Source: Ancylonema sp.
Lineage: Eukaryota
Direction of reading: 5' to 3'
DNA length: 64,000 nucleotides
NCBI GenBank assembly: GCA_050230475.1
Contig: JBFLGF010000104.1
Span: 1 to 64,000, forward strand
Notes under the pieces: model-generated
The model's input: only the letters and a program-made list of their open reading frames with translations
Databases searched by the model: none
What the model was told of the DNA's origin: nothing
Made by a program: the position numbers and the translations under genes
Shown here: positions 51,447 to 64,000 of the stretch, piece by piece
How the letters are laid out: every line of letters starts with the position of its first letter
How positions within the stretch are numbered: position 1 is the stretch's first letter

Positions 51447-51832
51447 CATAGATGGGTCTTTGGAGTGCGCGTCCCGCACGTGTTCCGCACGCGTGCACTC
51501 GCGCACGCGTGCCGCATGCGTGCGCAAATCTCGCGCACGGTGCGCGCCCATAGGTGTTAAAATTATATTATTATCTCCAAGGGGGGGGGGGTTTACTTTC
51601 TACACCCCTTGGGTGCCGGGATGTTTCCAAAATCACGAAATGTATTTGGTGATCCGGTTATAACCTAGCAGTATTCAATTTAGGACCTAAGACGTTATAT
51701 CGAACTACTTACAGTGCGAAATGGGTCAGTACTCACTACTTAGTCAAATTTCGACATCCGAAGTCGATTAGAGAAATTGTCCCGGTGCGGCACGCGTGCG
51801 CAAATCTTGCGCACGGTGCTGACCCATCTATG
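51447..51832. mobile_element. Complete hAT-superfamily MITE (386 bp)
   Basis: Perfect TIRs CATAGATGGGTC/GACCCATCTATG and 8-bp TSD ATGGACAC (51439-51446, 51833-51840). Confidence 0.95.
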
Positions 51833-52475
51833 ATGGACACTGATAAAACGTGTGGGGGTCCAACCATAGATATCCCCGCCCGCGGGCGGGGATATTTCCG
51901 CCCGCCTCCGTTCGCGGGCGGAATCGTCCGCAGGCGCCACCCAGCCGCCCGTTCCGGGCGCGATGAATTTCGGGATGTCAAGAAAGCAAGTTGGAAAGCA
52001 TACGTCTTAGACGTTTTATGATATTCTAAAGAAATCCCCTCATTAGTGATCAACCGCTAAAAACTCTACAAGGTTTAGAATCTGGTCGATGTTTAACCAC
52101 TAAACTGAACTTGTCGTTGATAGTAGCTCTGCTCCAATAATTAGTATTTTCATTGTTTTGAGCACCTCGAAGTACTTGGCATTTAAAAAAAAAACATATT
52201 GAATTGCAGGTTTCTAAGTTATTGTTGTCGCCGATGAAAACAGTGTGCGTCAATCAAATCAATAGGTCCGTTTCATAAATGGGTTGTGGAACATGCTAGT
52301 CAGTAGGCATCGTTGTTACAAAAACTTGAGTTTAAGGTTTATCATCGACTAGGCGTCCAGAATACCAATGCATACGGATGCAACAGATGTCCACTCTCAA
52401 AAACATTTGTCCTTCTGCCAATGTTCGGACTTCCGCTCTGGTGCCGAATTGGATCGGTATACCGTACTAGCCACA

Positions 52476-52681
52476 CATAACGACCCTTAATTATGAAAAG
52501 GGTGGGTCGGGTCAAATTAAATAATTCGTATTTTTGGAAAAGTGGGTCATTCTATAATGTGGGTCACCATATAATAAATATCTTTGGGGATTTTGGGAAA
52601 TTTCATGTTGGGTGCGCGGGTTAAGTCAAGTGGTAGTTTCTTGGCTAAATTAATTCGTTTTCAAGAATCCGGGTCACTATG
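52476..52681. mobile_element. GGGTCA-rich hAT-like MITE
   Basis: Ends CATAACGACCC and GGGTCACTATG, with GCCAC-containing flanks on both sides. Confidence 0.5.
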
Positions 52682-53483
52682 GCCACTACGGTAATATAAA
52701 CGCTTGGGGCCACATAATGTGGTCTCTGATTCTTTTTCCTAGACCTCCTAAGCATACAATCTTTTGTCCGAGCTCCGTCTATTCCCCCTGCGTGAGAATT
52801 GACCAACGCAGTCGATTGAATACGAAGTATTTCGTGTTGAAGGACAACAACAAGACATATGAGTTTCATTGAAGAGATAATTAAGAGACTTGTCCTCAAC
52901 CGGTGTTATGAAAGAGAAACCGAAAAAAATTGCGTTCGTTTCGGGGAAGGGTTGTTGACGTCATGTGGCGTCGCCAGCAATCGATCCCACACAAAAAGCG
53001 TTATGTTTTTTTTCCTTTCGGTGATGGGAAACTTGATCTCTACTTTTTCGAATCAAATCTGTTGCGCACCACGTGGCAATAACTCAGCAATGTGCGGAAC
53101 CAACGCTGGTTGATGTCAATGTACGCGGGTTTACATCATTTTTAAGGTTCTGACTAGTACAACTTACCTATAGATTTCCGGTTTTGTGCAATCATGGTCA
53201 AAGTACCTTAAACCGTCAACATTTGTACAAATAGAAATAACATGGAATCACTCGATATATACACTATGTTCTACTGCTCCCCCACTTCGTAAATCGTTAA
53301 ACAACCGCAAATACTCACAACTTGATAGTAACAATAATGATAAGAACATACAAATCTATCTGCATGCAGAATCCCACATTTTTGTGCATTTTAGGTGTCA
53401 TGTTTTTCTTCCATTCATCCATCTAAACTAGATGGTCTAATGACAACATGGTTTTTAACCCTCATCCCCCCCCCCCCCCCCTC

Positions 53484-56400
53484 CTACGGAACCCCCTCCT
53501 CTCCACCACTCAGCCTTACTAACTGCTCCTCCAGCTGTCGACTCTTCAGTTTCTCCATCTGTACTCCCCCCCCCCCATTCAGCAGTGACCATTAAGAACA
53601 CCCCAAATTCCCAACATCCATAACTCTTGTCATAAACATGTTCTAGAAAGGCGGACCCCCATCTCTCCCCGTGCTTCAAAGCAACAACACAGTACATAAG
53701 CAATTACAGAAAGAATCGGAGTTGTGCAGTCTCATCCTTCCCTTCCTTCTCCCACAACCCCACCCCCCAACCTCCCCCCCTCACCTTGAGCATTTCGAGC
53801 AGCCTCTCCTCCCCCACCCTCTGCTGCTCCTTCCTCCACTCGGAATTGGCCCTCTCCTGCTCCACCTCCACACTCAGGACCTCAGTCGCCCTACGAAGCG
53901 CACCCACCTCCTGCCTCACCGCCTCCTGCTCCCTCCTCCCCTCCTCCGCCGCGGCCTCCATCTCCTCACATCTGCAACCCAACCACACCCCAACCGCACC
54001 CTAACCGCACAATCAGCATCCCCCCACCTTCCCACCCTCACCCCCCCTTTTCCCACCTCAATCTAAGTTCATTGTTTTCGTGTAGAACGGTGTCCAGATA
54101 CAGTTTGTCGATGCCCCCCTCCTGAACGGCAACCTCCTTCCCTCCGCCTTCTTCCTCCCTACTCTGCCCCACCCCCACCTCTCCCTCCTCCTCCCCCTCC
54201 CCCTCCCCCTCCCCCTCCCGCTCCCCCTCCCACAATTTCACAGTTGCCCTTGCCTCCTCCCCCTCCCTGAACCCCATCTCCCCCTCTCCTCCCCGGATGG
54301 GCGGTTGGGGGGGGGGAATCCGAGTCTCCTGCCGCACCTCCCCCTCCTCCATCTCCCCCCCTGCTGCAGGGGAGTGGGGGACAGGTTGCGGATTGGGGTG
54401 AGGTGCGAGAAGTCGAGGTCTTTTTTGGGAAAATTCCTTGTAGCCCACCAGGTGACACTTCTCGGTCCTACACATAAAACAGAAAGATGAAAGATGTCAA
54501 GATCCACATGTGCACGGACGATGTACGAATGTCTGTATGTCTGTATGTCTGTATGTATGTATGTACGTATGTATGTCAGTATGTATGTATGTACGTATAT
54601 ATGTAGTCATGTACAAATGTATGTATGTATGTATGTACGTGTGCATGTATGTATGTAGTCATGTACAAATGCATGTATTATGTATGTACGTATGCATGTA
54701 TGTATGTATGTATGTATGTACGTATGTATGTATGCATGTATGTACGTATGCATGTATGTATGTATGTATGTATGTACGTATGAATGTATGTATGTATGTA
54801 CGTATGTACGTATGCATGTATGTATGTATGTATGTACGTATGTACGTATGCACGTATATATGTATGTACGTATGCATGTATGTATGTATGTATGTATGTA
54901 TGCATGTATGTATGTATGTGCGTCAGTATGTATGTGTATATGTACGTACAGTTGTTGGTATGTAGGTAAAGATGTATGCATGTACGTGTGTATGTACCGT
55001 ACCGTCCGGAGATAATGCGCCAGCAAATCTGAGAATGATTTACTAAAAGTGCGATCCAACATTACATAATTAGATTAAACGCAGAAATAGAGTAACTTTG
55101 GTGTTCCGAGCAGCTGCGCCTGGCAACTTTTAAATGGAACTGTTATTGCGCTAGGTAGTTTGGGTTTTTCATATTGATGCGCCATATTCCCGTCAACTTA
55201 AGTTATTTTTTCGCTCTTAAAGGATGTCGTCAGAGTGGTGGAAATGAGTATTCTAGAATCCTCAGGCACGTTTGCGCCAAGCAAAAAGTTACTCACATTC
55301 TGGTGCATCATCTTTGGCCTGTAGAGTGTATAAGTATGTGCGTATGTGTGTATGAATGTATATGTACGTCTCAACAAATGTTAGTGAGTATGTATGTATG
55401 GTTGTATGGATGTGTGCATGCACGTACTTGCGTATTCAGGTATGCTGGTATGTATAGGTGTATGTATGTATGCATGTACGTGTATATGTATATATGCATG
55501 TATGCATAATAGAATGTACATTCGTAGGTCCGTGATTATGTGGGACTGTGTGTGTGTATGCATGTCCGTGCATATGTATGAACGTACAACTCTATGTATG
55601 GACGTATGTACGTGTGCCTGTATGTGTGTATGCACAGCCCATTCAAGTTCCCCTGTAGCACCTACCAGTAGTTTTTCTGTGCCCTGAGCAGTCTGTCCTC
55701 CAGCCTCCTAAGCACTTCCGTTTTCTCAAACCCCTGTTTGTTGTGGGCGGGTTCCACGAAATTGGCCTCTAGAACACCCACCACCCCCCTGCCTTTGCTG
55801 CTAGAAGAGTTCCAAAGGCGCCAAAACGGCTGAGGGAAGACGGGGAGGGGGAGTTATATATTTTGGAGAAATGCAGCAAGCAATCAGTGGTGCTGAGGAG
55901 GGATGGCCACCTCTGTTGATTTGAATTCCATTTCCTTTCCTCTGAATTTTCTTTTTGAGACAGTAATCCTGTTTGAATAAATAATGCTGGGACTGGAAAG
56001 AAGTGTTACTCTAGACAGGTGATAAATTTAACCATCAGGTTTTGTGTGAAACCCGGGAATCGGACGGAAATTTCTATATTCGATTAGACAGCTTATCACT
56101 TAGCTCAATACTGATTTAGGCAGTTTTCACTGTAATCAGACAGATGGGGAGGAAACAAGAGAAGTTGACACCCGATTCTCTTCCCACCTTGATCAGTCTG
56201 TTCTTGTGATACACGTTGAAGCCCTGGACGTCGATGTGGTGATGCGCGTCTTTCACAAAACCCAAAGTCACGAGGGCCATCATCTGGGGGGAAAAAAAAC
56301 CTCGATATATAAGAAACTTTGTTATATGGAAGTCTTTGCTATAAGAAACTGTTTTTTCTGCGTACTTACACTCGAACTGTGATTAAAACAAAAAAAAACA

Positions 56401-59400
56401 ATCGCTACCATTTTTTTCTTTAAGCGATAGTTTTAGGTTTATATTGGGGTTTGAGTTTAGTCATGTGCACACACACACACAAACACACACACACACACAC
56501 ACACACGTACAGAACGCACATGCAGACTCCCGTAAAAACACGTGGCAGAAAAATGGAACCCCCCTGAGAATATATACTACATGTTTTCCGTATGGTCATA
56601 GATTTCCTATGCATACACCAGACTGCCTGCGCCTGTGGTGTGTTTTTCTATGTCCATGAAGCACACAGAAGTGGACAGATGTATACAGAGCATGAAAAGA
56701 AAACATGCATATGTTCCCCCCCCTACCCCTGTGACGTCCTCCCCCTTTGGTTTGTACGAAACTTGTTCTTTATACATAAGGTCCTCCGCCAGACTGTGGC
56801 TCTCCACCTTCCTGCCACGGAGATAAATCTCAAACCCCTTTGGACGCCGCAGGTAAAGAATGGATACATAACTCTGCACACCAACCGCCCCCCCAACGGC
56901 CCCCCCAACCGCCCCCCACTAATCATAAGACGGATGGAAGAAAGAAAGCGCAGCCCTGAGACGGTCATCCTCGACCCCAAACCCTGGACACTGGACCCTG
57001 AACCCCAAACTCTGGACCCTGAACCCGAGCCTCGGGAGGGTGAAAGTGAGAGCCTGTTACCCGAAGGGAGTATCGGTAGTTGAGATAGTGTCTGCTGCTC
57101 GGAAATTTCTCCGCCACCTCAGCCGCCTTGTCATCGCGGGCCCGTGCCAGCTGGATGTCCTAAACCACCAACCACCCCCAATCCCCACCCCCACACACAC
57201 CTAAGCCCCCCCGCACTCTGAATAGGATCTGCCCCCCCCGAACCCCCCACCCCCCCACCCCCCCACCCCCCAACCGTGCCATCCGTCTCGAAATCCAGCT
57301 CCAACTCTCCTTCTTCCGTGAGCCAGAGGTTGAACACGAGCACCCTTGTGCCGTGGTCACCCATGTCCACAAACTCCTCCCTTAACTCATCCAGGGTGGC
57401 AAAGGGCGACCAGGCGCAGATGGTGGACAGGTTCTGAGCCCAGTCCTCATGGCAGGTGCGGAGGAGGGGGGCGTAGCAACCGTCCGCCCCCTTCTTGAAG
57501 TCTATCTGCACACCGGACCACCCACACTGTACTGAAACCCAAATCCCAGACTCTCACCCCCAAACTCTAAATCCGAACCCCTAAGCCCTAAATCCTAAAC
57601 CTAAACCCTAAACCCTAGACCCTAAACCCTCTGAACTCTGCATCCCGGACCGTACCCCCGAACCCTACCTCTGACCCCTAAACCCCAAAAGGAAACCCCT
57701 GAACCCCTGTCTCACCAGCGGAACTACGATGTCTTCCACCCCTGTGTCCCTGAGGAAGGTGTAGGAAAGCAGACCGATGCTCTGACTACCCTCCTCGGCA
57801 GAGCGGGAGAACACGATGACGTCGGCGCCCAACCGCATCGTGCTCGTCTTGAACCCGTTGCCGTCTGAACCCCACCGGCGGACCCCGTCACCGGGTAAGT
57901 GATGTGCTCCCTACCCCCCGCCCCCCCTGCCACTCCTCCCCCCCTCCCCAACGCACATTGCCCGATGGTTCCCGCCTTCTTGCTCTTGTCCGAGTACCCT
58001 AGGCTGAGACAGCAACGGATCTTTTCAGGGTCCATTCCCCCCCCATTATCTGCTCACACATGAGAGGGGGACGGTGCAGGTAAGTAAGAACAACAATCTA
58101 GAGGCCTCACTTTTTTTATTCTGGCTTTCGTGTCATCCCTTCAACCCCAAACCCTAAATCCCGACCCTCACCTTCGACCAGCAGCATGGGCAGGTCGGAG
58201 TCTCGGGGGTTGGGCACCATGTCGATCGCGCAATACGAGGCCCCGTGGACCACCTGGGGGGAGCAGCCAACGCCAGGAGGGCGTCAAGCATGCGAGGTGG
58301 CGATGGGATTGGATGGGACTGTGGCGTACCTCGTCCATTGCGTTGTCCACCAGCTCGGCTAGGGCTGCACGGACGGAAGGGGGAAGGGGGTTGGGGGTTG
58401 GGGGTTGGGGGTTGAGGGCTATGGGAGACTGACAGGTGGCACGTGTGTGAAGGATGAAGCCAGGGTGCGGGGGGGGGCAGTGATGCACGGCCAGGATACG
58501 TACGCATTCAACATCATCATCTCTGGCGGATATGATGTCTATAGCGATTGTTTGCTGTAGCGAATGTTCGCTACTTGAACGCATATGTATATAGCGGATC
58601 TTGACAGGAGCTCATCCTGTCAAGATTCGACTCTACCTCTCTTCCAGTCTTTAGTAATTCAGCTCACCCCAAACTATCTTCTATCCCCAAAAAAAAATCA
58701 TCCAACCCCCTCGCATTACCTCCCAGCGCCCACTTGTGACTGGTGGCATTCGAGTGCAGAAACTTTGGGTGCACTCTCACGTGGTCCATGCCCCCTGAAC
58801 CCTCATAAACCTCCAAAGGTCTTCCTGCCTGTATCAGATAACGGAGGGCGGTCGAGGAGGGGCTTGCAGGCGAATTCCCCCTCTAATCGGCTGAAGACTC
58901 TAATCCCTGCATAGATGCTTACATGCTAGGCCAGACCCAAGACAAGCTCCTCTACCCTCCTCACCTTGGATTTTTTGGTCTGCTTTCTGTTTGGGCTGGT
59001 AGTCCCCGGCGTGCCAAAACTGTTTCCTGTTCATGCTCCCGCTTAGAGGCCGCAGAACATCCTGGGTGTTGCCAGGTGGCTGGCTCTCTGCGGGCAGTTC
59101 TAGGAGATGCGGTTTCTGGCTGCCAGCTGGATTTGTAGGCGGAGCTGCAGACTGTAGAGCAGGAGATTGCTGGCTGCCAGGTGGCAGGTTCTCGCTGGGC
59201 GTGAGTTGCAAGCTACCTGCCGGGAAAGGTACAGCTGGCGACTGCGACGTATTTACGGGAACAGCTGATGCATTCACGGTGGTATCGGCATGGATAGTAT
59301 TACGTGGAAGAGAAAAGGCGGGCGGTTCTAGCTTTGGCTTTTTCCTCGGCATAATAGGTGCAATGCTAGTGATTTTGATGCCCCCACCCGGCGCAGCCGT

Positions 59401-59565
59401 CTTGCCTGCGGAGTATGGGGAATCCCGAGGAGGTTCGGTCTTTACTTGGGGCATCAATGGGGCCAGGGACGGCACGGGACCCTCAGGTTCGGCCTCACTA
59501 TCGCTAAGGTCGATAAGGTCGACCGTGGCATCACCATACATCTGCTGATTGCCATCTCCTGGCAT
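53484..59565 (-). CDS. MORC: MORC-family GHKL ATPase (plant microrchidia type), multi-exon
   Basis: Exons encode KQFWHAGDY, HVRVHPKFLHSNATSHKWALG, ALAELVDNAMDE, DNGGGMDP, YGNGFKTSTMRLGADVIVFSR, YVSILYL, IDVQGFNVYHKNRLIK, PFWRLW...GVLEANFVEPAHNKQGFE and CHLVGY. C-terminal coiled coil; last exon 53558-53484 ends in TAG. Confidence 0.93.
54520..54995. repeat. (TATG)n microsatellite in a MORC intron; degenerate continuation at 55330-55632
   Basis: Directly visible. Confidence 0.95.
55002..55321. mobile_element. Tc1/mariner-type MITE inserted in the (TATG)n tract
   Basis: Imperfect TIRs CCGTCCGGAGATAATGCGCCAG / CTGGTGCATCATCTTTGGCCTG flanked by TA on both sides. Confidence 0.55.
57534..57706. 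repeat. Degenerate plant-telomere-like (CCCTAAA)n tract in a MORC intron
   Basis: CCCTAAGCCCTAAATCCTAAACCTAAACCCTAAACCCTAGACCCTAAACCC. Confidence 0.8.
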
Positions 59566-60799
59566 CTCAGAGGAGGCCAGCAGAAAATGGAGAGGAGGAA
59601 CAGGCCAACACCATTGGGCACTACCCTTCCCCCCTCGCCCCTGCTGAAAAGCTATACAGCGGCTGCAAAGTGGGCCAAACCAATCAAATTGCGCGTCCGC
59701 AAGGCTCCAAGCGTGCGATCGAACCAAACCTGCCGCGCCAATTTCCAGGCCTTTTCGCGCACAACGGCCTCCGGCCTCATACGGAACCCCCCGACCCGTA
59801 CTTCGTGGATGCCTGCGTTCAGGAAAAGTCTCTGTCTCGTCGTACTACCACCGTGCGGAGCCACGGCGGCTCATGGAAACAGTCTCGCGCTCGCTGTCCA
59901 AGGTGCTATACCTTTATCGGGCGCGGTTAGTGACGCTTGGAAATCGCTCTTAAAAGTTCTACTTTGCGATGCATGGAGTGTCACTAGCACAAATGGTAGG
60001 GACACATAGCTAGAGAATAAGACACTTTGGGCATAGGCATATGTATTATCTAACATGCGCCTCTTGGCAGCGGAGGGCGTTGTCATTACGAATCCGCCGA
60101 GCGCATGTAGCGGAGTTCAAATGAATATCAAAGAAACTCAAAGAGAACAATAGATTTCCACATGTACCACCCACATGTGGGTGACATTAGAGAATCGGGA
60201 ACAGCGGCTGCCAATATCTTGGCACGGGCACATACGATGTTCAGATTTAGGTACAATGAGGCGTTCGAGTGCTAAAGGATAGTCCGTCTTTATCACAGGC
60301 ACCGAAGTCCGAAGACCAATAGTGGATTATGTTGGTGAACATGCGAGATTGCAGATAGATCTGCGGTGTATTATTGCATGGATTTTTTGAAATCTCCTCC
60401 CTGACTTTCCGCCTCAGCCCCTCGGATGGTGCCTTCACCCCCGTTTCTACCCCGCTTCCACATTTTCTCCCCTCTTTGTCCTCTCCCACCTTTCCTTTCC
60501 ATATCCGTCTTGGCCTCGTCCGTCTCATCCCATGATAGGCTAATCTCTAGAAGATGTGTCAATCTCTTATCCCTCGACCAGTGGGTGAAATTGTGTACCC
60601 TATGATTTCCTATCTCATCCTCTTCTTTTTCCTTTTCCACCCCCTTGTCTCTTTCCACCATGCCCATATCCCTGTAACAGTGCGATATGCGCATTTGTGT
60701 GTAACTCTAATAATCTATCATCAAGGTAATTTTCGATTGCGCCTATGAGCCGGCTGGCTTGGACGCCGATATGAGGCGTGCGCTCCTATTGAGTATTAT

Positions 60800-61950
60800 T
60801 TATACAGACAATAACTTCCGTGAATTCATACATCTTCGAATATTAGATTTCACCGACCTCGCGATAGTGGTAACCTATTTTAAGACCAACATTTCGGCGT
60901 GTCGAAGTAGGTTGTCGTATAGAGAGGCCTCGTGTGGCTGTACGGGGTTGTTTTGCCGTTGTAAGTTGTAGAGGTGTTTGTGTGCGTTATGCCGAGGATT
61001 AAGGCTGAGAATGTTCCAGTCTTGCTAGCGTTGAATTTAAGTGATCACAAACCTTTCGCGATTGGTTGGGGGTACTCGGCATCTATTGGTCCTCCAGGAT
61101 TTCTTACATCCCATAAGTCCTAAGTCGATAGTTCCAGATCTAGCGAACGGGGTGCCGCTGTCACTCGTGCGACCGTCAAGTTAGACTTTTGGACCAACGC
61201 TGCTCCGTTGAGCTCGTTGGTGTCCGCTTAATAAACGTTTAAGAGAAGACTCATTGTACACCTTTCCGGCACATTCCCGGACGAGTTACTTTTGATTTCA
61301 TGTGCACGTGCAATCGTCTATGCTATGCTGGAATGCCCTTGAGCCTCAAAAGTGTGCTGATTTCGTCTCGCACTTTGGCACCTATCGCATTTCTTGCTTT
61401 GTATAGTCGTGCCCGAAAAGTCTTCCAACCCAAAAAACGCAGCACGAGTAGCCCAAGTCTTGATGACAAAGCTCACACAAAGACGCACTCGCAGCCTGCC
61501 GTTCAGGGGTTTTAGTTCTTTGTGCTAAAATTCCGTTTCGGCGTAGGAAGTACAGTAAGGTTTGTATGGCGGCGTGGTCTCTAGCATTCGGAGCATGGCC
61601 AACCACACCAGCATGTCATTTTACTAGCCTTATCTTATGCCGAGTCCGTATCCCAGGAGTTCGTGAGCTGGATTTTAGTGTTCGAAAAATCCTTTGATGT
61701 GGTCATAGCCGCGCTAAATTTCGTACCGTTTGTGGCGGAAAGTTTGCAACTCCTCGAGTCATCCTGTGTGCCACCATGGAGGGCTGGTGTTGTACAGATT
61801 CGGCCAATAATCAACGCCGAGCCAACTTCTAACGGAGTCTCACATCAAGATGTCGGGGAAGGGCAGTCTGAAATTATCATGTGTCAATCTGGTCAAGTAG
61901 CACTTGTGGAGGAGCTTCCACGTGGGTAGCCAGATGGAGAGCCAAGAGAG
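60800..61950 (-). mobile_element. Possible decayed LINE 3' region
   Basis: Broken coding-like minus-strand frames (LPTWKLLHKCYL..., NRERF) with no intact diagnostic motif. Confidence 0.25.
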
Positions 61951-62210
61951 AAAAGTGAGGAACATCTACAGCTCATCTGCGTTGGTTTCAAAAACGAAGT
62001 CCATAGGCTAGCGAGCAGCAACGTCAGCCCCAAGGCGTTCTCTGAATCTCCTTCCTAGTCTCCATCAGCTCCATGAGCTGACTTCCACTGCAACCTCGGT
62101 GGTAGCCCGAACTCTTTCCCCTCTCTCGGTTTTTTTTCTTAAGACTCCTATAGGTTCCACGCGATTCACTGTGCCAAGTCACGGAACATAACGGTAAATT
62201 GCGCTTGTGT

Positions 62211-64000
62211 TGTTAGGGCAATTCGGGTGGGAAATTTTCTGCACGTAATTGCGGATTGTGTGTGAGGATGTTATTAGGGGCTAGCTGACTCGCTGCGGCC
62301 GCTTCTGAGTGTGTATGTGCTTCAGCTAGTTTTACTGCTTGCGGTGTTTTTTGCGCTTGTATTACTAACGTGCTCGCAGAATGGGGGACAAGAGTAACAT
62401 CCCGTAGTTCACTGGGGCCGCATACAAGGCGTGGGCGTTCAAGATGCGATTTGTGTTAGGACCCTCGCTACAGTCACTAGAGCTCCTTAGCGAGGTCCTC
62501 ACACTTAGCGCTAGAGCGCTATTAGCTCAGATTCCCCTGTAGTGAGTTCTGTCCCAATAGAGTGGGAGTTGTGTCCCCAGCGGCCGCCTGGCCCCTAGGG
62601 ATTATTCTGATGTGTCCTTACCTCCGGCAGTTGTGCCGTTAGCCAGACTTGATGTGTCCTTAGCATATCCAGAGTGAGTTATCCCACTTGGAGTCGGGAT
62701 TCAGACCTGAGCCAGTTTACTATATATAGTCGATAGGAATGCCTTTAGAGCATTCCTATCAACTCATGTACTTGCACATTGTGCCTCTACTACCATACCT
62801 ACTCGACCATCTTGACCATCGGCTCATTCGCCCCTATCCTATCTCATTTTCACCATCATTTTCGTGTGTGCATTCGCAACCCAGTTTGCTAGGAGCTCCA
62901 TCATAGTCCACTCCTAACACTTTGATAGGAATACACTTGAGATTTTTTTAAACTTTTTTAGGCAAAAAAATTCTTTCTCAGTTCAGTTTTCTTCATGGAG
63001 TTGCAACATATTGTCGAGACTCTGAATGCAATGAGGTTGCAACTCAAACATGGAACGGCAGGCGGAGGCGGAATCAGATGATAGAATAGCAATTATTTGC
63101 TCAATCGAGCGAGCTTCATGAAAAACAAAAGGTGGTGGAGGCGCACCTCAGCTCCCCATCTCCTATCTCAGCCCTCCCCACTTCCTTTGCTCAACCTATC
63201 CCTGATTCCCCACCCGTCTACAAGCCACCCTCCTCAGAAATGGTCCTCCCTGATTTACAGAAATATTCAAGCGATTCTGCAAGTCTGGCAACTTTTCTAC
63301 GACTAGTGCGGTAACCAGATTCGGGTGGCTCGCTCCTATCAGATTCTCTGACCTTGAGCATACAGTCCTCTACTTCTCCTTTCCTAACTGGTGCGGCTGG
63401 CGACTGGTTCACTCAGCAACACGACCCAGATAGCAACCTTCCCGCGGGTTATGACGTGAACGCTCTTCTCAGGGGGCTGACTGAAGCTTTTGGCGACACC
63501 CCATCCAACCTGACCACAGAACGCCAGCTGCGGGAACTCAAACAAACAGGGGGCGTTCAGGACTTCACTTCCAAGTTCAGAACCTTAGTCAGAGGGTTTC
63601 AGGGGTGGGGAGATCATCCATTGATATTCACTTACTTTGACAAACTGAAGCCAGAGCTCAGGCAGGAGATCTTGAAGGTTCAGTCGTCCCCCCCTGACAC
63701 TTTCTCCGAGTATGTTACCTTTGTCAAGAACATCGAAAACGCCCTGGCTGCTGCTCGTTTGGATAGACCCTCCAGATCCAACATCCCCCCACCAGCCAGA
63801 GTGGCAGATCAGTTACCCCAGCAGCTGCCCCCTCACCTGCAGATTGTCCCCATGGACATCGATGGCACCCGCCGCCAGATCCTCAAGGTAGAACCCGCGG
63901 AGATATGGCCCCCGCGCCGTGTGTGGCTGGCAACCTGTGTCTTTATACTGTGGGGCCTGCCAGAGGCCATGACAACAAAACCTGCCCCAACAAGGGCAAG
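62211..64000 (+). mobile_element. 5' part of a Ty3/Gypsy LTR retrotransposon (LTR 62211-62919, then gag); runs off the window
   Basis: LTR TGTTAGG...CCTAACA with TATATATA at 62721. Gag fragments LTGAAGDWF, RQLRELKQTGGVQDFTSKFRTL, KLKPELRQEI, PMDIDG and a broken CLYCG...GH...CP knuckle. Confidence 0.9.

Noticed and set aside
54510..55687. ORFs of MYVC/HTYI repeats
   Set aside because: Translations of the (TATG)n microsatellite inside a MORC intron
59033..60009. Plus-strand ORFs of 171 and 187 aa
   Set aside because: Antisense to MORC exon 1 and its 5' region; no recognisable motifs
1..64000. tRNA, rRNA or snoRNA genes
   Set aside because: None recognised by eye; tRNAscan-SE and Infernal/Rfam would be needed to exclude them

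Overview
Eukaryotic, intron-rich, transposon-dense DNA from the green plant lineage. Plant-type MORC, plant-type extracellular LRRs and TTTAGGG-like repeats suggest a streptophyte alga or non-seed plant, though this is inference. Host genes: the 3' end of a Jade/BRPF-like PHD protein (+), NAF1 (-) head-to-head with a secreted amidase-signature enzyme resembling bacterial IaaH/mandelamide hydrolases (+), a large extracellular LRR gene (-, ~27.5-41.1 kb) and a MORC GHKL ATPase (-). Mobile DNA: a decayed L1-like LINE, Copia relics, pogo-like and hAT-like MITEs, a CRE-clade RLE fragment, a full-length Copia nested in a MITE (CCAGG TSD), and the 5' end of a Ty3/Gypsy element carrying a Tf1-type self-priming signal. 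The most unusual structure is inside the LRR gene. Each LRR sits on its own 72-nt phase-2 exon, and seven N-terminal ones form a tandem array of exon+intron cassettes that vary at predicted ligand-facing positions. One cassette is inverted, and three consecutive ones are still open but have lost the same splice-acceptor G. This looks like a cassette-based receptor diversification locus. Exon coordinates were read by eye, and homopolymer or indel errors in the assembly cannot be excluded.
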